DNA of 64,000 bases from the human T2T-CHM13v2.0 reference genome, Homo sapiens, in NCBI RefSeq assembly GCF_009914755.1, contig NC_060932.1; one strand, written 5' to 3'. The notes under the pieces are model-generated. The model was not told the origin of the DNA, ran no database searches, and saw only the letters and a list, made by a program, of their open reading frames with translations. The position numbers and the translations under genes were made by a program. Shown here in pieces: positions 1 through 14,330 of this stretch. Each line of letters begins with the position of its first letter. Position 1 is the first letter of the stretch.

Positions 1-732
1 CATGACACCACTTGCAGTTGAGGGAAATGTAAACAAACATAAGGTTGCCATATTAAATCACAACTGCATAAAATTAACTGTAGTACGTTATAGGCTACTG
101 TCATAACTTCGTAGCTGCATTCCGTTGCTATTAGGGTGAGCTTAAGTGTTGCAGTAGCCACTTAAAATGCCTTATGACACTGATCATCTCCATGTGAGCC
201 CTTCATCTCTCCAGTGAGTTGCATATTGCAGTAAACAGTGATCACCCGAGGTTCTCCTGTATTTTTCATTCTGTTTAATGTAATAGTGTAAACCTTGAAT
301 AACACCATGGGACGCAAACAAAATGCCACTAGGGATGCTGGAGGTGCTCCCAAGAAGCAGACAAGCCATGACATTACAAGAAAAAGTTGAGTTGCTTGAT
401 AGATACCATAGATTGAGATCTGTACCTGTGGTTGCTCCCATTTTAAACAGATGATTCATCTTGTAAACAGGTGACAGAAACTTATAGTATGAGTAAATAC
501 AATACAGTACTATAAATGTATTTTGTCCTATGATTTCTAAATAACATTTTCTTTAGCTCACTTTATTGTAAGAATATTGCATATAATACATGTACAAAAT
601 CTGTGTTAATTGACTATGTTATTGGTAAGGCTTCTGGTCAGCAGTAAGCTTTTAGTAGTCAATTTTTGGGGAGTGAACACTTAACACGTGATTTTTGACT
701 GTGTGGGTGCCCCTAACCTTCCCATTGTTCTA
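1..732 (+). mobile_element. Tigger2-family DNA transposon, internally deleted, cut by the window edge
   Basis: Decayed transposase start at ATG 307 (MGRKQNATRDAGGAPKKQ...) and a 3' end (...tttttggggagt...cccctaacc...ttgttc) matching my recollection of Tigger2. Confidence 0.75.
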
Positions 733-1158
733 TATTATTTCAAATATTTAGCATGTATGTAAAAAAGTTAATGAGTGAATAGGCACACACAAATTGTGGA
801 TATTCTTGTAGGTAAGTCTGTTTCATCTTGTTAAATAACTATAATACTGTCTTGTTTCATACCATGTTATGATGTAATCAGATTCCTCTCTGTAGGCATA
901 AATATTATATCCAAATACTTGGAATTATGAACAGTGCTTCAGTGAATATCCTTTTATATTTACGTGTGTACTTTGTCTGATTATTTCTTTAGGATAAATT
1001 CCTAGAAATGGCATTGATGAACTAAAGGAAACACACATTTAAAGCTTCGTATGTATTATAAATGTGACTTCTTGAAAGATGTTACCAATGCATAGCCATA
1101 TTGTATCCCTTGGTACAGTTTTAACTTACGTTTTCCAGTGGTATTTTTAATAAAACAT

Positions 1159-1200
1159 TGTGTGTGTGTGTGTGTGTATGTGTATATGTGTATATATATA
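1159..1200. repeat. (TG)n/(TA)n compound microsatellite
   Basis: Visible dinucleotide run. Confidence 0.9.
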
Positions 1201-2755
1201 CTTATAAAACAAAGTACAATGTTTTATAATATTTTAATCCAGTTAATATTAGCATTCAACATGGATGGTATCTTATGTACAGACTACCCGCAAGTTTCAG
1301 TAGTAAGCTTTTACCCTGTGCTGTTCTCTCTGATCATAATCCCAAATGTTTTAAAAAGGGCATTTCTCCTGCCACAAATGGTTGGGGGAGAGCGTCTGAA
1401 CCAAGGAAACGTGTGGACCAGAAAAGAGCTGTGTTAATTCTATTTCTGTATTTTCAGTACATTTTTTTCATTACTTAATTAGTTACACAAATATTTATTT
1501 AATGAGGCAGGCACCGGCCTGGTCACTGGGCATACAGTGATGGTAGAGACAGTTCTAGGCTCTCAAGAATTTATAATTTAGTGATAGAAACTTTTAAGTG
1601 GCTCAAAACAGTCAACTCCTTTACAAACTACAGTTATAATACATTTGTAAAGTGTGTGTATAGTTTACATACATTTGTAAAATAATTTAGTGTAACAAAG
1701 CAAAATAGAAATAAAGATGAGAAAAAATTTTATTGAAACATGTCACCACCTACAAACAATTGTCATTAAGTAAAATTTACTTCTCCTCTAACATTTCATT
1801 ATGAACTTCTAAAACATAAAGGTAAGCTGAGAGAATTTACACTGAATACCCAGATATCGACTACCTAGATTCCACAATTAACAATTGACTGTGCTTGCTT
1901 TATCGCAACTCCATCTTATGTATCAGCAATCATTCTGTCTTTTTAAATGCATTTTAGAGTAAGCTGGAGAAAAGTGTCCTTCCTTCAATATGCATAACAT
2001 GAACTATTGTTTTAAGCAGCACTGTGTTTCAGTTAAATCTGTATTGATTGACTATATGCTATTAAAAATGTAGAAATTTTGTACTTTTACATTTCCTCCC
2101 TAATTCTCTTCCCTGTCAGCAAATATTTGATAAATTACTTTGTCTAGTTATGGAACGTAATGAAGTGTCATATCTTGAATGCCCATATAATTTACCTGAA
2201 CTGGAATATTTTTGATAAGCGTGCAGTGATACAGCAAGTGCAGTTTGGGGTTTCCTTAGCAAACCAGAATGGTGAGAATGTCTATAACAATAAATGCCAG
2301 AGTAGTTTATTCTTGGTTTTACATTTAAATGTATTTGCATTTAATTAGCACTATATTCACATTTGGCTTTTACCATAGCTTATTTCCTGAGTTCTTGATT
2401 TTGATTCACCTCTTGGCTGAATTTTATCCATAGCTTCTCTTTTCCTGAGTTCCTTATTTTGATTGAGATCTTGGTTATATTTTATCCTCAAGAGGTTCCT
2501 CTCTTTTCCATGAGTGTTTAATGTGTACTGAATTCCTTAGTTTTTTTTTGCTTGCTTTGTTACTTTATATTGGTGCTTTTTGTAAACAATAAATTCCAGT
2601 ATAAAATAGTTGTTTGTCTTATAGGGATAAATTGAACAATAGTAGGGACATCCTAGGGCTAGGGGTGAGCCTAGAATCTTATCTCTAATATTACTCAGTC
2701 TTCCACATGAAGTGTGATGTAAGAAGTTTCTTCGGAGATTTTTACCTTTGTATAT

Positions 2756-3119
2756 TGATATGGTTTGGCTCTGTGTCCCCATCCAAATCTCATCTTCATT
2801 TGTAATTCCCATGTGTCACGGGAGGAACCTGATGGGAGGTGATTGGATTATGGGGGTGGTTTCCCCCATGTTGTTCTTGTGATAGTGCGTGAGTCTCGTG
2901 AGATCCGATGGTTTTAAAAGTGGCAGTTTTTCCTTTGCTTTCACTTCACTTCTCTTGCCTGCCACCATGTAAGATGTGCCAGCTTCCCCTTCCACCATGA
3001 TTGTAAGTTTCCTGAGGCTCTCCAGCCATGCGTAACTGTCAGTCAATTAAACCTCTTTCCTTTATAAATTACCCAGTCTTGGATATTTCTTTATAGCAGT
3101 GCAAAAACTGACTAATACA
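2756..3119 (+). mobile_element. THE1D/MSTA-like MaLR solo LTR
   Basis: TGATATGGTTTGGCTCTGTGTCCCC...ACTAATACA termini; near target-site duplication (TSD) TATAT/TATAC; ATTAAA at 3046-3051. Confidence 0.9.
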
Positions 3120-5416
3120 TATACCTTTGTACAAAATAACCAAAAGAAATCTTTGATTCTACTCCCAAAAAACTTGACTTGCTCTTGCCATTTGGAAGAA
3201 ACTTGGTAGAATTAAACACTGTTTAAGTTGATGAAAAACAAGCGTTGGAAATTTTTTAAAGTACATTTAAAACTTTGCTCTTGGCTGATTTTCTGTTGGA
3301 TTCTATTGAATTTTTCTTTGTTTTGACGATGTAAGCGTTACATATTTTAGTGACTGATTTGTGTGAATCAAGAATAAAGTCACTGAAAAAATTAACTCAA
3401 TTTTACAATTTATGAGTATAGTTACGGTTTTGTTTTGCCACATTCTGTTAGTAAAAGTTTTTTTCAGCTGTGACACATAATATGTGGCCATTAATAGTGA
3501 AGAGTTACACACAATGACTTCTAAAGCAGTGCAAGATAATTTTATGATATAATGTATTACTACAATAGAGTACCTGCTATACTCATTTACACTGGTAATA
3601 GTCATCTTGTCTGGATCTGTATTCCCAAGAGAGGCAGGCCAGATGGCTGTGTACAGCTGGAAGTAGATTTTCTTCTAAGCTTTTAACAGCTGCTCTCATT
3701 TCTTATATCTGGTACTTGTTTTAAAATGAGATATTTATTTATAAATGAATGTCCAACAGAAGGATATGAAAGAGTTCAAGAAAAATGGTGACAGAAGCTA
3801 ATGCAGTGGTGGAAAAAAAAATGGGAAGCTCATTTGACCCATTTGATGACTGTCCCTGATTAAAATGACTTCATATTTTGAGTCTTCAGAGAAAGTATCA
3901 TGATTCCCATTATAATGATACTGTCTCTTGATAGTAGGGTATTGTACTTAAGCAATTTTTTAGTGAAAAATTGTCAGGAGGACAACAAACATTTAAAAAA
4001 AAACATGTTTTCACTGTACATTAAAAATAAAACAGAGTAACTCCCAAAACCAAAAAAAGGCCATTTTCAACTATTTACATGACTTTATGACCTATCTTTA
4101 TCAATAAACATACACTTTTGTGATACTAATATATTACTATGAATATATTACCTTCTATCTTTCCACTTACTGTTATGATATAATTTTCTTACTAGTCACC
4201 ACATTTCATTTTAGTCTCTGGTATTTTATTGTATTATTATGCTCTTTATTTCCTAGCTGTTTTTATTTTTGTTGCTGTTGATCACATAACTATGTTTATA
4301 TGGTTTAACTATTTTTCTTTTGGAAATTTTTAAGGTATATTAAGAAAGGTATGATGAATAAATTATAATCAGTTTAATGTATTTTGTATCGTTGTTTTTA
4401 TGAGGGGCTTTGCGTTTTAGGCACTGGATTTATTTCATAGCATACTTTGAAATCCATAAAATTCCATACATTCATTGATCCGATTTTGTTATTACCACAA
4501 GTATCAAATGCAAAATATTTCAGTATACTGCATGATGTTTTCGCTGATAAAATTAAGGTATAGCAACATCTAACATTAGAATTCTTAAAATTATTGCTGC
4601 AAGGGAGTAGTTAAGTTTCTCATGGAGAAACATTTCTGGTATTTTCAATGTAGAATTTAATGTTGATGTGTTTCTGTGAATTCACTGCTTCCTTTATTAA
4701 TTTTTATGAATAAGGAAATACTAGCAAACTTGATTTATTTTAAATCTTTGGAATATTAATTTAACATCTGGCAACAGCAATTCTTAAGTTCTTATTGTTA
4801 TACTGATTTTATATATAAGTGAGATACATATGCAAGTTTCGGAAACAGTTGTTACTTCGAAATATTCTTTTTTGCCTTTGAACCAGAGAATAAATAGAGC
4901 AAAGAGACTGGCAAATTGAAGTAAACCCCTTTAAAAAAGTGACATTTGAATAGGGCTACTGTGTTAGCAATTCCTATATTAGAGCGTAAAAGTTTTACAA
5001 ATTTTCCATTCATTCAGTAGAGGTATAGGGAGGGCTTGAGGGCCTCTCAGGAGCCACCAGTGTTCAGGATGCTCTCCGGGGTACAAAGATGGTCAAAATG
5101 TGGATCTCTCCTCAGGGAAAATTTCTGAGGAGAGTTCAGGTTGATAGACACATAACTAAAAGAGTGTTACTGGACTTATTTTTAATATGTCTCTAGAAAA
5201 AGTTCACTTAATTGAATATTGTAGTACCGTCCACTGAAAGCTTCTTTTTCAAAAAAAGTGTGATATTAGAATAACTTAATTTCTCTATTTCTCATTAGAT
5301 AACTTTACACAAACAAAAGGTCTTTAGGATCTTCCCAGAGGTGGAATTGGTTTGGGATTTTACAGTATTTCTTTCTTTAATTTTTATAGTGTTCTGTATC
5401 AAATATTTCGAAGAAC

Positions 5417-5727
5417 TTTTTTGTTGTTGCTGTTGTTGTTTTTTTGAGACAGAGTCTTGCCCTGTCTCCCAGTCTGGAGGGCAATGGCGTGATCTCGGCT
5501 CACTGCAAATCCCGCCTCCCAGGTTGAAACGATTCTCCTGCCTCAGCCTCCCAAGTAGCTGAGATTACAGGCACCTGCCACACATCCAGCTAATTTTTGT
5601 ATTTTTAGTAGAGATGAGGAGGTTTCACCATGTTGGCTAGGGTGGTCTCAAACTCCTGACCTCGTGATCTGCCCGCACCGGCCTCCCAAAGTGCTGGGAT
5701 TACAGGCGTGAGCCATCGTACCTGGCT
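5417..5727 (-). mobile_element. AluS element
   Basis: T-rich tail, then gagacagagtcttg...cccaaagtgctgggattacaggcgtgagcc. Confidence 0.95.
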
Positions 5728-7291
5728 ACCTTTTTGCTTTTGAATGTAATGATAATTGTTTTCTGATGGATTGCTGATTACATTATCTCTAGAGAGACCA
5801 TGATTTGCTGAGTTCTTAACTGATTAACCTCTTGGAATTTTTGCTTTCTTTATGGCGTGTGTGCTGTATGCATTTTATATTTCTGATAAAAATGGTGTAT
5901 TTGTTTAATTTATTGTATAGCTCATTGTGGTCTTCTGAGTGCCTTTAAAGGTAGTGGTGGTCTTTACTGAACTATCAGTTTGTAATGTAGATGAGGTGGT
6001 ATAGTGCTTAATCTCTGATTTTTTGGTTCCTAGAAGCATTAATTGCCCTTTATATATTTTTAAATCTGTTAAGTATGACATAATATTAAGAAATATGAAT
6101 ACAGATTTTTAAGATCGAATTTCCAACATGGAAGATAACTTTTCTACTAAATGCAAAACGATATGCATCTGGCTGCTCATGTTTGGTTTATCGTTGGGTT
6201 TTCATTGAACTCCTTAAATATTAGAGTCTTGAAAAGTAAAGGCTTCTTGTTCTCTTAGAGACTCCTTTAAAAATATAAGAAGAACAGAAGGGGTCATGAT
6301 ATTGTTTCTGTGGGTTAGCAGTTGATACCTTCAACATGTACGTCTTGTTCTCATTCCAGATCTGCATGCTGTGAATTACTATAAGCAAGTTTTATTATGG
6401 CTATTTTGATGAGTACCTGCTATTCAGATAGCAGGTACCTGAATAAGTACTGTATATGTGACTGGTAAACAAACACGTGAATAGCTGCCCCCCTGGCAGA
6501 GGCATCTTGGTTAAAGACATGAGACCACATATCTTTTTGCCTTGGTACATCTGGTCATGTTCCTAGGGATAAAATGTTGAAACAAACAAACAAACAAGAA
6601 AGAGTAAAAAATATGAGATTAGTGAGCTCTTATTCTATTTAAGCTTCACTTTGGAATGAACCACTGTATTACGTATTGTTTAATGCAATGTACTATTTCT
6701 TGTATTTTTGGTTATAAATTGGTTATTGTAGTAAAATGTGAATTGAGAAAAAATGGAGTGGTGTCATAATTTGGAGACTGGTATATAGATTATGCCAGCT
6801 TGTTTATTATACTGAGTTGCTATAAAGTTAAGCCTTCATAAAATGTTAAGATAAAAATACAAGAAGGAAAAAATATAAGAAAGAGGAATGGGCATCTGAA
6901 CGTATTATGACTGATTCTATTAACTTCATTCATAGATGTGACCTTCTAACCTTTGTTTTTTATAAAGTAACAAGGATGGGGCTTTTTTGTTTTGTTTTGT
7001 TTTTGAAGATTCTAAGTTACAGATTTCTTTTTCCTTTTCTGATGTGACAGATTTATGGCATCTTGGACTGTATGTCCCATCTTGTATCAGTAAGAGACAA
7101 AGCCAACCGATCACCCACTCTTCACTGATCGGACCAGTCTAGACTTCAGAATCTTCTGCAGTGAATTTAAAGGAGCCACAATATCAGTTAATGTTCACAG
7201 AAACAATATATTCTTTACCATCCCTTCCTGAGTTGGCACTAAGCCGTTTACTTAAGAGCAGAGCTACAGCCATCACATATCAACATAAGCC

Positions 7292-7360
7292 ATATTATAT
7301 ATATGATATATATATATATATCATATATATGTATTTTATATGTGTTTGTGTGTGTGTACA
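7292..7360. repeat. (TA)n/(TG)n low-complexity tract
   Basis: Visible dinucleotide runs. Confidence 0.8.
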
Positions 7361-7723
7361 CATGGACACTTTTTAGTGCTAGAGTTTATTTGCCTTAAGG
7401 GCTTGAGAGTAGGATCTGTCTTATTTGTGCCATATTTGGGGACAATGGGATTCATGTAACGTGTCTTACAGTGCTTTTTTTTTTTAAGTAAATTTAGCAC
7501 AGTGCTTTTCTTGTAATACTCAGAAACATTAGGTAACTCTGAGATTGAAGGTATTAATGAGATTTAAAAAATTCCCACTGCAGATAATTCTTTTAGCAAT
7601 GTGATCTGTGTTGTTGTTAGATCATGACCTGAAGAAAAGGAAAAGAAATTTGAGTGTCTTAGCATTTGTAAGATGCAGTGCTAAGAGTTTTCCATGCATT
7701 GGCCCATGCAGTTTTACAAACAT

Positions 7724-7947
7724 CAAGTCTCATGAGATGTGATGGTTTTATGAAGGGGAAGTTCCCTGTACATGCTGTCTCTTGCCTGCTGCCATGTTAA
7801 GATGTCCCTTTGCTGTTCTTCGTCTTCTGCCATGATTGTGAGGCCTCCCCAGCCATGTGGAACTGTGAGTCCATTGAACCTCTTTCCTTTATAAATTACC
7901 CAGTCTCGGGTATGTCTTTATTAGCAGTGTGAAAACAGACTAATACA
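7724..7947 (+). mobile_element. THE1-family LTR, 3' portion
   Basis: ctcatgagatgtgatggtttta...gaggcctccccagccatgtggaactgtgagtcc...cagactaataca. Confidence 0.88.
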
Positions 7948-8059
7948 AATACATATAGCATTATCTCAGGTTTTGTAAGAGTTGTATTATATTCCATCTT
8001 ATAGATATTTCTGTTCTCCTTTAACTTTAACATTCCCTTTAAGCATGGACTTTTTTGAC

Positions 8060-8335
8060 CCAACTTTCATTCTTCACTGGGAATAGGGAGCTGAGATTCA
8101 TGAGCATAATTTTCTTCAGAAGACCAAAAGGGACACCCAAACAGAGAAGTTTGAATTAGGCCTTTGAGATCTAATTTAGAGATTCACTCATTTTCCCTGT
8201 GTTATCTCCCATGTGTACAGGAAGTATACATTTGTGAAGCTTCTGGTGTTTTGTTATTTTTTTTTTTTTTGGTGGGGGTCTGAGTTAAGAACTCTATGAA
8301 GGATAGCAGAGAAAATTATTTTTTTCTCCCCTAAA
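8060..8335 (+). mobile_element. ERV1 LTR 3' fragment (MER34/MER39-like)
   Basis: Ends ...aagaactctatgaaggatagcagagaaaattatttttttctccccta, resembling MER4-group LTR 3' ends from memory. Confidence 0.5.
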
Positions 8336-8554
8336 GACTTGAGAATTCTCAGATTATTTAGTACCAAAATTGTGTTTCTGAGAGAACTAAGTATTTTCTC
8401 TGCATTAGCCATAACACATATTATTTTAATTAAGGTTTCTGTTTTTTTAATCACCTCATGGAAACACTGAGTCTAGGCTGAGATGGGGGTCTTTAGTATT
8501 GGATGAGGCTCACTTATGCCCACTAGCCTTTATGTAGGTATGTTTTACATTTCT

Positions 8555-9030
8555 TAACATGCACTCATTTAAGTGTATGATTAAATGACTTTCAGTAACT
8601 TTAGTGAGTGGTACAACCATCACTAGAAATCAGTTTTAGAACATTTTATCTCTTCAGTAAAATATTTGTGACTGTTTACAGTTAATCCCTGTTCTTACCT
8701 TGAGGCCCAGACAACTGCTTATCTACTTCTTGTCTTTATAAATTTGCCTTTCTAGACTTTTTATATAAATGGGAGAATAAAATGTGTGGTCTGTTATGTC
8801 TGGCTTCTTTCAGTGAATATAATGTTCCTGAGGCTTATCCATGTCGTGGCAGTTACAAGTTGGCTTCTTTTTATTTCCTAGCAGTATTCCATTGTGTGGA
8901 CCTACCATATTTTGTCTATCCATTCAACAGTTGATGAAAATTTAAGTTTTCATGACATTTAAATTTAAAGTCATGCTTGTACAAATTTGTAAATTGCCTT
9001 GGACATAGTAATCTGTGAAATGCCGGATTA
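8555..9030 (-). mobile_element. Old L1 (L1M) 3' end fragment
   Basis: caaccatcacta...ttttagaacattttatc...tggcttctttca...gtattccattgtgtgga, an antisense L1 3' UTR pattern. Confidence 0.75.
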
Positions 9031-9149
9031 TTATTCTTTTTTGCTAAGGATATAGTTACATAATAATTTATATATGAAACAGACTCCTTGGGTTAGAATT
9101 GAAATTTCCAATTTACTTTTTATATATAGTGAAAGTATACAAGTACAGC

Positions 9150-10015
9150 TATTCAGGCTATTATTAAAAAGACCAAAAAAAAAAAAAAAACCACCCCAAA
9201 ATTCGGAAAAGGACGCGTAGTAAAGGGAACTCTTGTACACTCATCGTGGGAATGTGAATTAGTACAGCCATTATGGAAAACAGTATAGAGATTTCTTTAA
9301 AAACCAGAAATACAACAACCATAATATTCAGCAATCTCAATGATGGTTATTTATCCAAAGGAAAGGAAATCAGTGTATCAAAGAGATACCTGTCCTCTCA
9401 TGTTTATTGAAGCATTATTCACAATACCCCTGATGTGGAATCAACCTAAGTGTCCATCAATAGATGAATGGATAACAAAAGTGTTGTATATACACAATGG
9501 AATGTTATTCAGCTGTAAGAAGAAATGAAATCTTGCCATTCACAGCAACATGGATGAGTCCAGAGGACATTGTGTTAAATGAAGTAAGTCAGGCACAAAA
9601 AGACAAACATCACATGTTCTCACTCATATGGGAGTTAAAAAGAAACCAAAAACCAGATTGAGCTCATAGAAGTAGAGAGTAGAATTACAATTATTAGAGG
9701 ATGGGAAAAGTAGGCAGGAGGGGAGGATAGGAAGAGGTTATTTAGCCACAAAATTACAGATAAGAGTAATAAGTTCTAATGTTCTATAAGCAGTGTAGGG
9801 TGAATATAGTTTACACTAATATACTATATATTTTCCAAATCTAGAAGAGAGGATTTCAGATGTTCACAGCACAAGGAAATGATAAATGTTTGAGGTGATA
9901 CATATTCTAATTACCCTGATTTAAATCATTACATATTGTATAGTATGTAGAAATATCCCTCTCTACCATAAATATGTATAATTATTGCCTGTCAACTGAA
10001 AAGGAAAAAAGAAAA
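9150..10015 (+). mobile_element. L1MA-type 3' end (end of ORF2 and 3' UTR)
   Basis: gggaatgtgaattagtacagcc...caacctaagtgtccatcaatagatgaatggataa...catgttctcactcat; ORF 9340-9528 resembles the L1 ORF2 C-terminus. Confidence 0.88.
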
Positions 10016-10144
10016 TACAGGACGTTTATACACTAAAATACTACAAAAATGAGTTAAACCCATAAGTACTGAAATGAAAAAATGAAGAGAGGCTGGTTAA
10101 AGGATATAAACATGTAGTTAGATAGAAGGAATAAGTTCCACAGT

Positions 10145-10293
10145 TCCGTGGCTTGAACTTGTGGACTCAAGTGATCCTCTGGACTCAGCCTCTTGAGTAG
10201 CTAGGACCACGTGAACACACCATGAAGACTGGCTCATTTAAAAAAAAATTTTGTGGAGTTGGGGCCTCACTGTGCTGCAGTCCAGGCTGGTGT
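10145..10293 (-). mobile_element. Internal AluJ-like fragment inserted in an L1MA remnant
   Basis: ctcaagtgatcctc...cagcctcttgagtagctagga...ccaggctgg; flanked by AGGAATAAGTTC direct repeats. Confidence 0.7.
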
Positions 10294-10534
10294 AGGAATA
10301 AGTTCTAATGGTCGATAACAGAGTAGGAAGGTATAATAAAAGTAGATAATTTAGTGTGGTATAGGAATAGGTTCAGAAATGAAGACTCTTAAAGAATAAA
10401 AGTAGAGATCTTGATTTTTTTTGCTTTTTTTCAATAGGGACTAATTTCTGTTTTAGAAGTTTATAGTGACATGTATTTTTATACAAAATTTACTCCTAGA
10501 AATTTGCATATTATATATGTGTTTCAGAATATCA

Positions 10535-10823
<289 letters not shown>

Positions 10824-10929
10824 ATTAATCTGTTTTATTGATTTTAAAATAAATTCAAATATGTTAAAACTATCAAGCTCAATTGGAAATATTTTTCATT
10901 CATTCTGGCTGTGCTGTGGGTGGCAGGAA

Positions 10930-11277
10930 GGAGAGAGCGCTACAACAGTCCTTGGGGGCTCTGACCTCGAGACTCCCTGAGCAAGAGCCCTAACACCCCT
11001 TGGTGCTCTGCCGTTGCTGGCATCTCTGAGTTTTTGGGTGCCGCTGCGTTCCCCTCATCCAGATGTCGATTTCCAAGTCAGAAGCAGGTCGCCGCATGCC
11101 TGGCCCAGCCACAGGCCAAGCATAGAACTGCAGTTGGCACAGAATCTGGGCCAGTAGCATGAGACCAGCATGGCCGAGTGGGCAGAATGAGCCCAGCAAA
11201 GCCTGATCAGAGGCGCTGCTTGCTGGCCACAGAGATTTCCGGCTAGCGAAGTGGCTTTGAAAAAATCCTGTGTAATC
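10930..11277 (+). mobile_element. ERV1 LTR 3' fragment (LTR1/LTR27/LTR28/MER52 group)
   Basis: GC-rich; ends gctggccacagagatttccggctagcgaagtgg...aaaaatcctgtg; clearly similar to the 3' end of the LTR at 20231-22261. Confidence 0.7.
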
Positions 11278-11299
11278 AGCAGACAGAGGGAGGAAATAG

Positions 11300-11689
<390 letters not shown>

Positions 11690-12129
11690 TGTATTCCTGT
11701 TTAAAAAGCCACACATTAATATGGATGCCTCCAACTCCTGTCCAACGTCACAATATGCGTTCTGGCCCTCCCCCTTTCCTTATTTGTGAGTTCTTCTCTG
11801 ACAGTGATACAAAGCCAGATGTATATTTACTTACTTGTTCAACTATGGTGTACTCATTAAGTACAGAAGTGGTAATACATACCTCTGTGAGAAACAAAAA
11901 TAACTTGAGTATGTTATTTGTGTACAGCTTCTTTTTCTCTTTGGCTTTAAGAATATCCAGTCAAATACTGTTTTCCAAAGTTATGTTTACGTTAGTAATG
12001 CAGTCAAGTTCAGTTGTTAAAGTTTGGTTTTTATTTTGAAACCATCCTCCCAACCCTGGCTGATCATTTAAAAATATGTAAGGCAGAAACCATTTTTGTG
12101 TTGTCTACTGTTGTGTTATTTAAAGACAA

Positions 12130-13221
12130 AAGTATGCTCACCGAAACCTAGATGGTATAGTCTACTACACACCCAGGCTGTGTGGTATAGCTCCTAGGGT
12201 ACAAAGCTGTACACAATAGTACTCTACTAAATATTGTAGGCAGTCGTAACACAATAAGAAGTATTTATGTATCTAACCACGTCTAAATTTAGAAATGGTA
12301 CAGCAAAGATATGGTATAAAAGGTAAAAAAAATGGTCCACCTGTCTAGGACACTCTCCATGAATGGAGCTTTCAGGCCTGGAGGTTGCTCTGGGTGAATA
12401 AGTCAGTAGTGGTGAGTGAGTGTGAAGGCCTGGGACGTTACTGTACACTACTGTAGACTCTATAAACACTGCACGCTTAGGCTTTATCGAAAGATTTTTC
12501 TTTGATAATAAATTAACTTTACCCTACTAGAACTTTTTTTAAAAGTTTTTAATTTTTTTTAACTTTTTGACTCTTGTAATAACAGTTAGCTTAAAATACA
12601 AACACATTTTACAGCTGTACAAAAATATTTTCTTTATATCCTTATTCTGTAAGCTTTTTTCTGATTTTTTAAGAAGTTTTTATACTTTATTGTTGAAAAC
12701 TAAGACACACATACATTAGCCTAGGCCTGCACATGGTCAGGATTATCAATATCACTATCTTCCACCTCCACATCTTGTCCCACTGGGGGGTCTTCAGGTG
12801 CAATAACAGTTATGGAACTGTCATCTCCTAGGATAACATTCTCTTCTGGACACCTCGTAAAGGACCTGCCTGAGGCTGTTGTACAGTTAACTTTAGAAAA
12901 CAAATAAGCAGAAGGAGTACAGTCTAAAGATAAAAAGTATAGTAAATACATAAAACCAGTAACAAAGTTGTTTATCGTTATCAAGTATTATATACTATAC
13001 GTAATTGCATGTGCTGTGTTTTCATATGTCTGGCAGCCAGTAGCTTTGTTTACACCAGCATCACCACAAGCACAGGAGTAAAACGGTGTGCTGCAGTGTT
13101 ACCACGGCTGCCCTTCAGTATTAGGTGGTAAGAATTTTTCAGCCCCATTATAATCTTATGGGACCGTCTTTGTATATGGAGTCTGTTGTTAAGTGATTAA
13201 CATCACTGCGACACATGACTG
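12130..13221 (+). mobile_element. Tigger3 (Golem/MER7)-family DNA transposon
   Basis: aaacctagatggtatagtctactacacaccc...gaatggagct...cacatgactg|TA terminus. Confidence 0.85.
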
Positions 13222-13718
13222 TATTTCTGTGGGTTTTGGCAAATGCAGTCATGGCTCTACCACTAGTCACAAGTCGGAACACTTCCATTACCTTATATGC
13301 TGTGTTTTGGAAGAAATTATTAAAAGTAGTTTGATACTTAAAATTCAAAGAAAAATCGTTTTGTGGATTTTACTGGTATTTTAGCCTAGTTTAAGTGAGA
13401 AATGTGTTTCTCCCTTAAGGCAGTTGGGATACTAAGAATAGGCGAGATTTCAGTTCTTATTTTCACTATGATTTGATATTTATTGTTATTCCAGAACATG
13501 GATTTGTGTTTCCAGCTTTTAAATAATTGATATTTTTCATATAATAGATTGAGACTTTTAAAAGAAAAATAATTCACAAAATGTAATCAAATATAATACA
13601 TGCTTTTAAAATGCTACTTTTCTCATTTATAATTGCTCTCTGCTCTTCCTCGTTTACCCTATAAGCAGAAAGAAAACAATTTAGAAGTGACAAAATTTTA
13701 TCCTAGTTTTAACATTGA

Positions 13719-14062
<344 letters not shown>

Positions 14063-14207
14063 TATTCCATATACTTTTTAATCTCTTGTATAGGACAGAT
14101 TATATTTATGAATAGATCAAGGATAATGGACATGAGTTTTAATTAGTAAGAAAGAGAGAGCATTCAGAATTGTGAAAAAATGACTCAATTTTGCCAGAAA
14201 TAACAGT

Positions 14208-14330
14208 GCAAGGCTGAGGCATGAGAATCCCTTGAACCCTGGAGGTGGAGGTTGCGATTTGCTGAGATTGCACCATTGCACTCCAGCCTGGGTAACGGAG
14301 GGAGACTGTGTCAGAAACAAACAAACAAAC
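14208..14330 (+). mobile_element. 5'-truncated Alu right arm with an (AAAC)n tail
   Basis: aggctgaggcatgagaatcccttgaaccc...cactccagcctgggtaac...aaacaaacaaac. Confidence 0.88.

Noticed and set aside
307-460. Transposase gene in the Tigger element
   Set aside because: Only the first few dozen codons remain, with a frameshift and a large internal deletion; non-autonomous fossil
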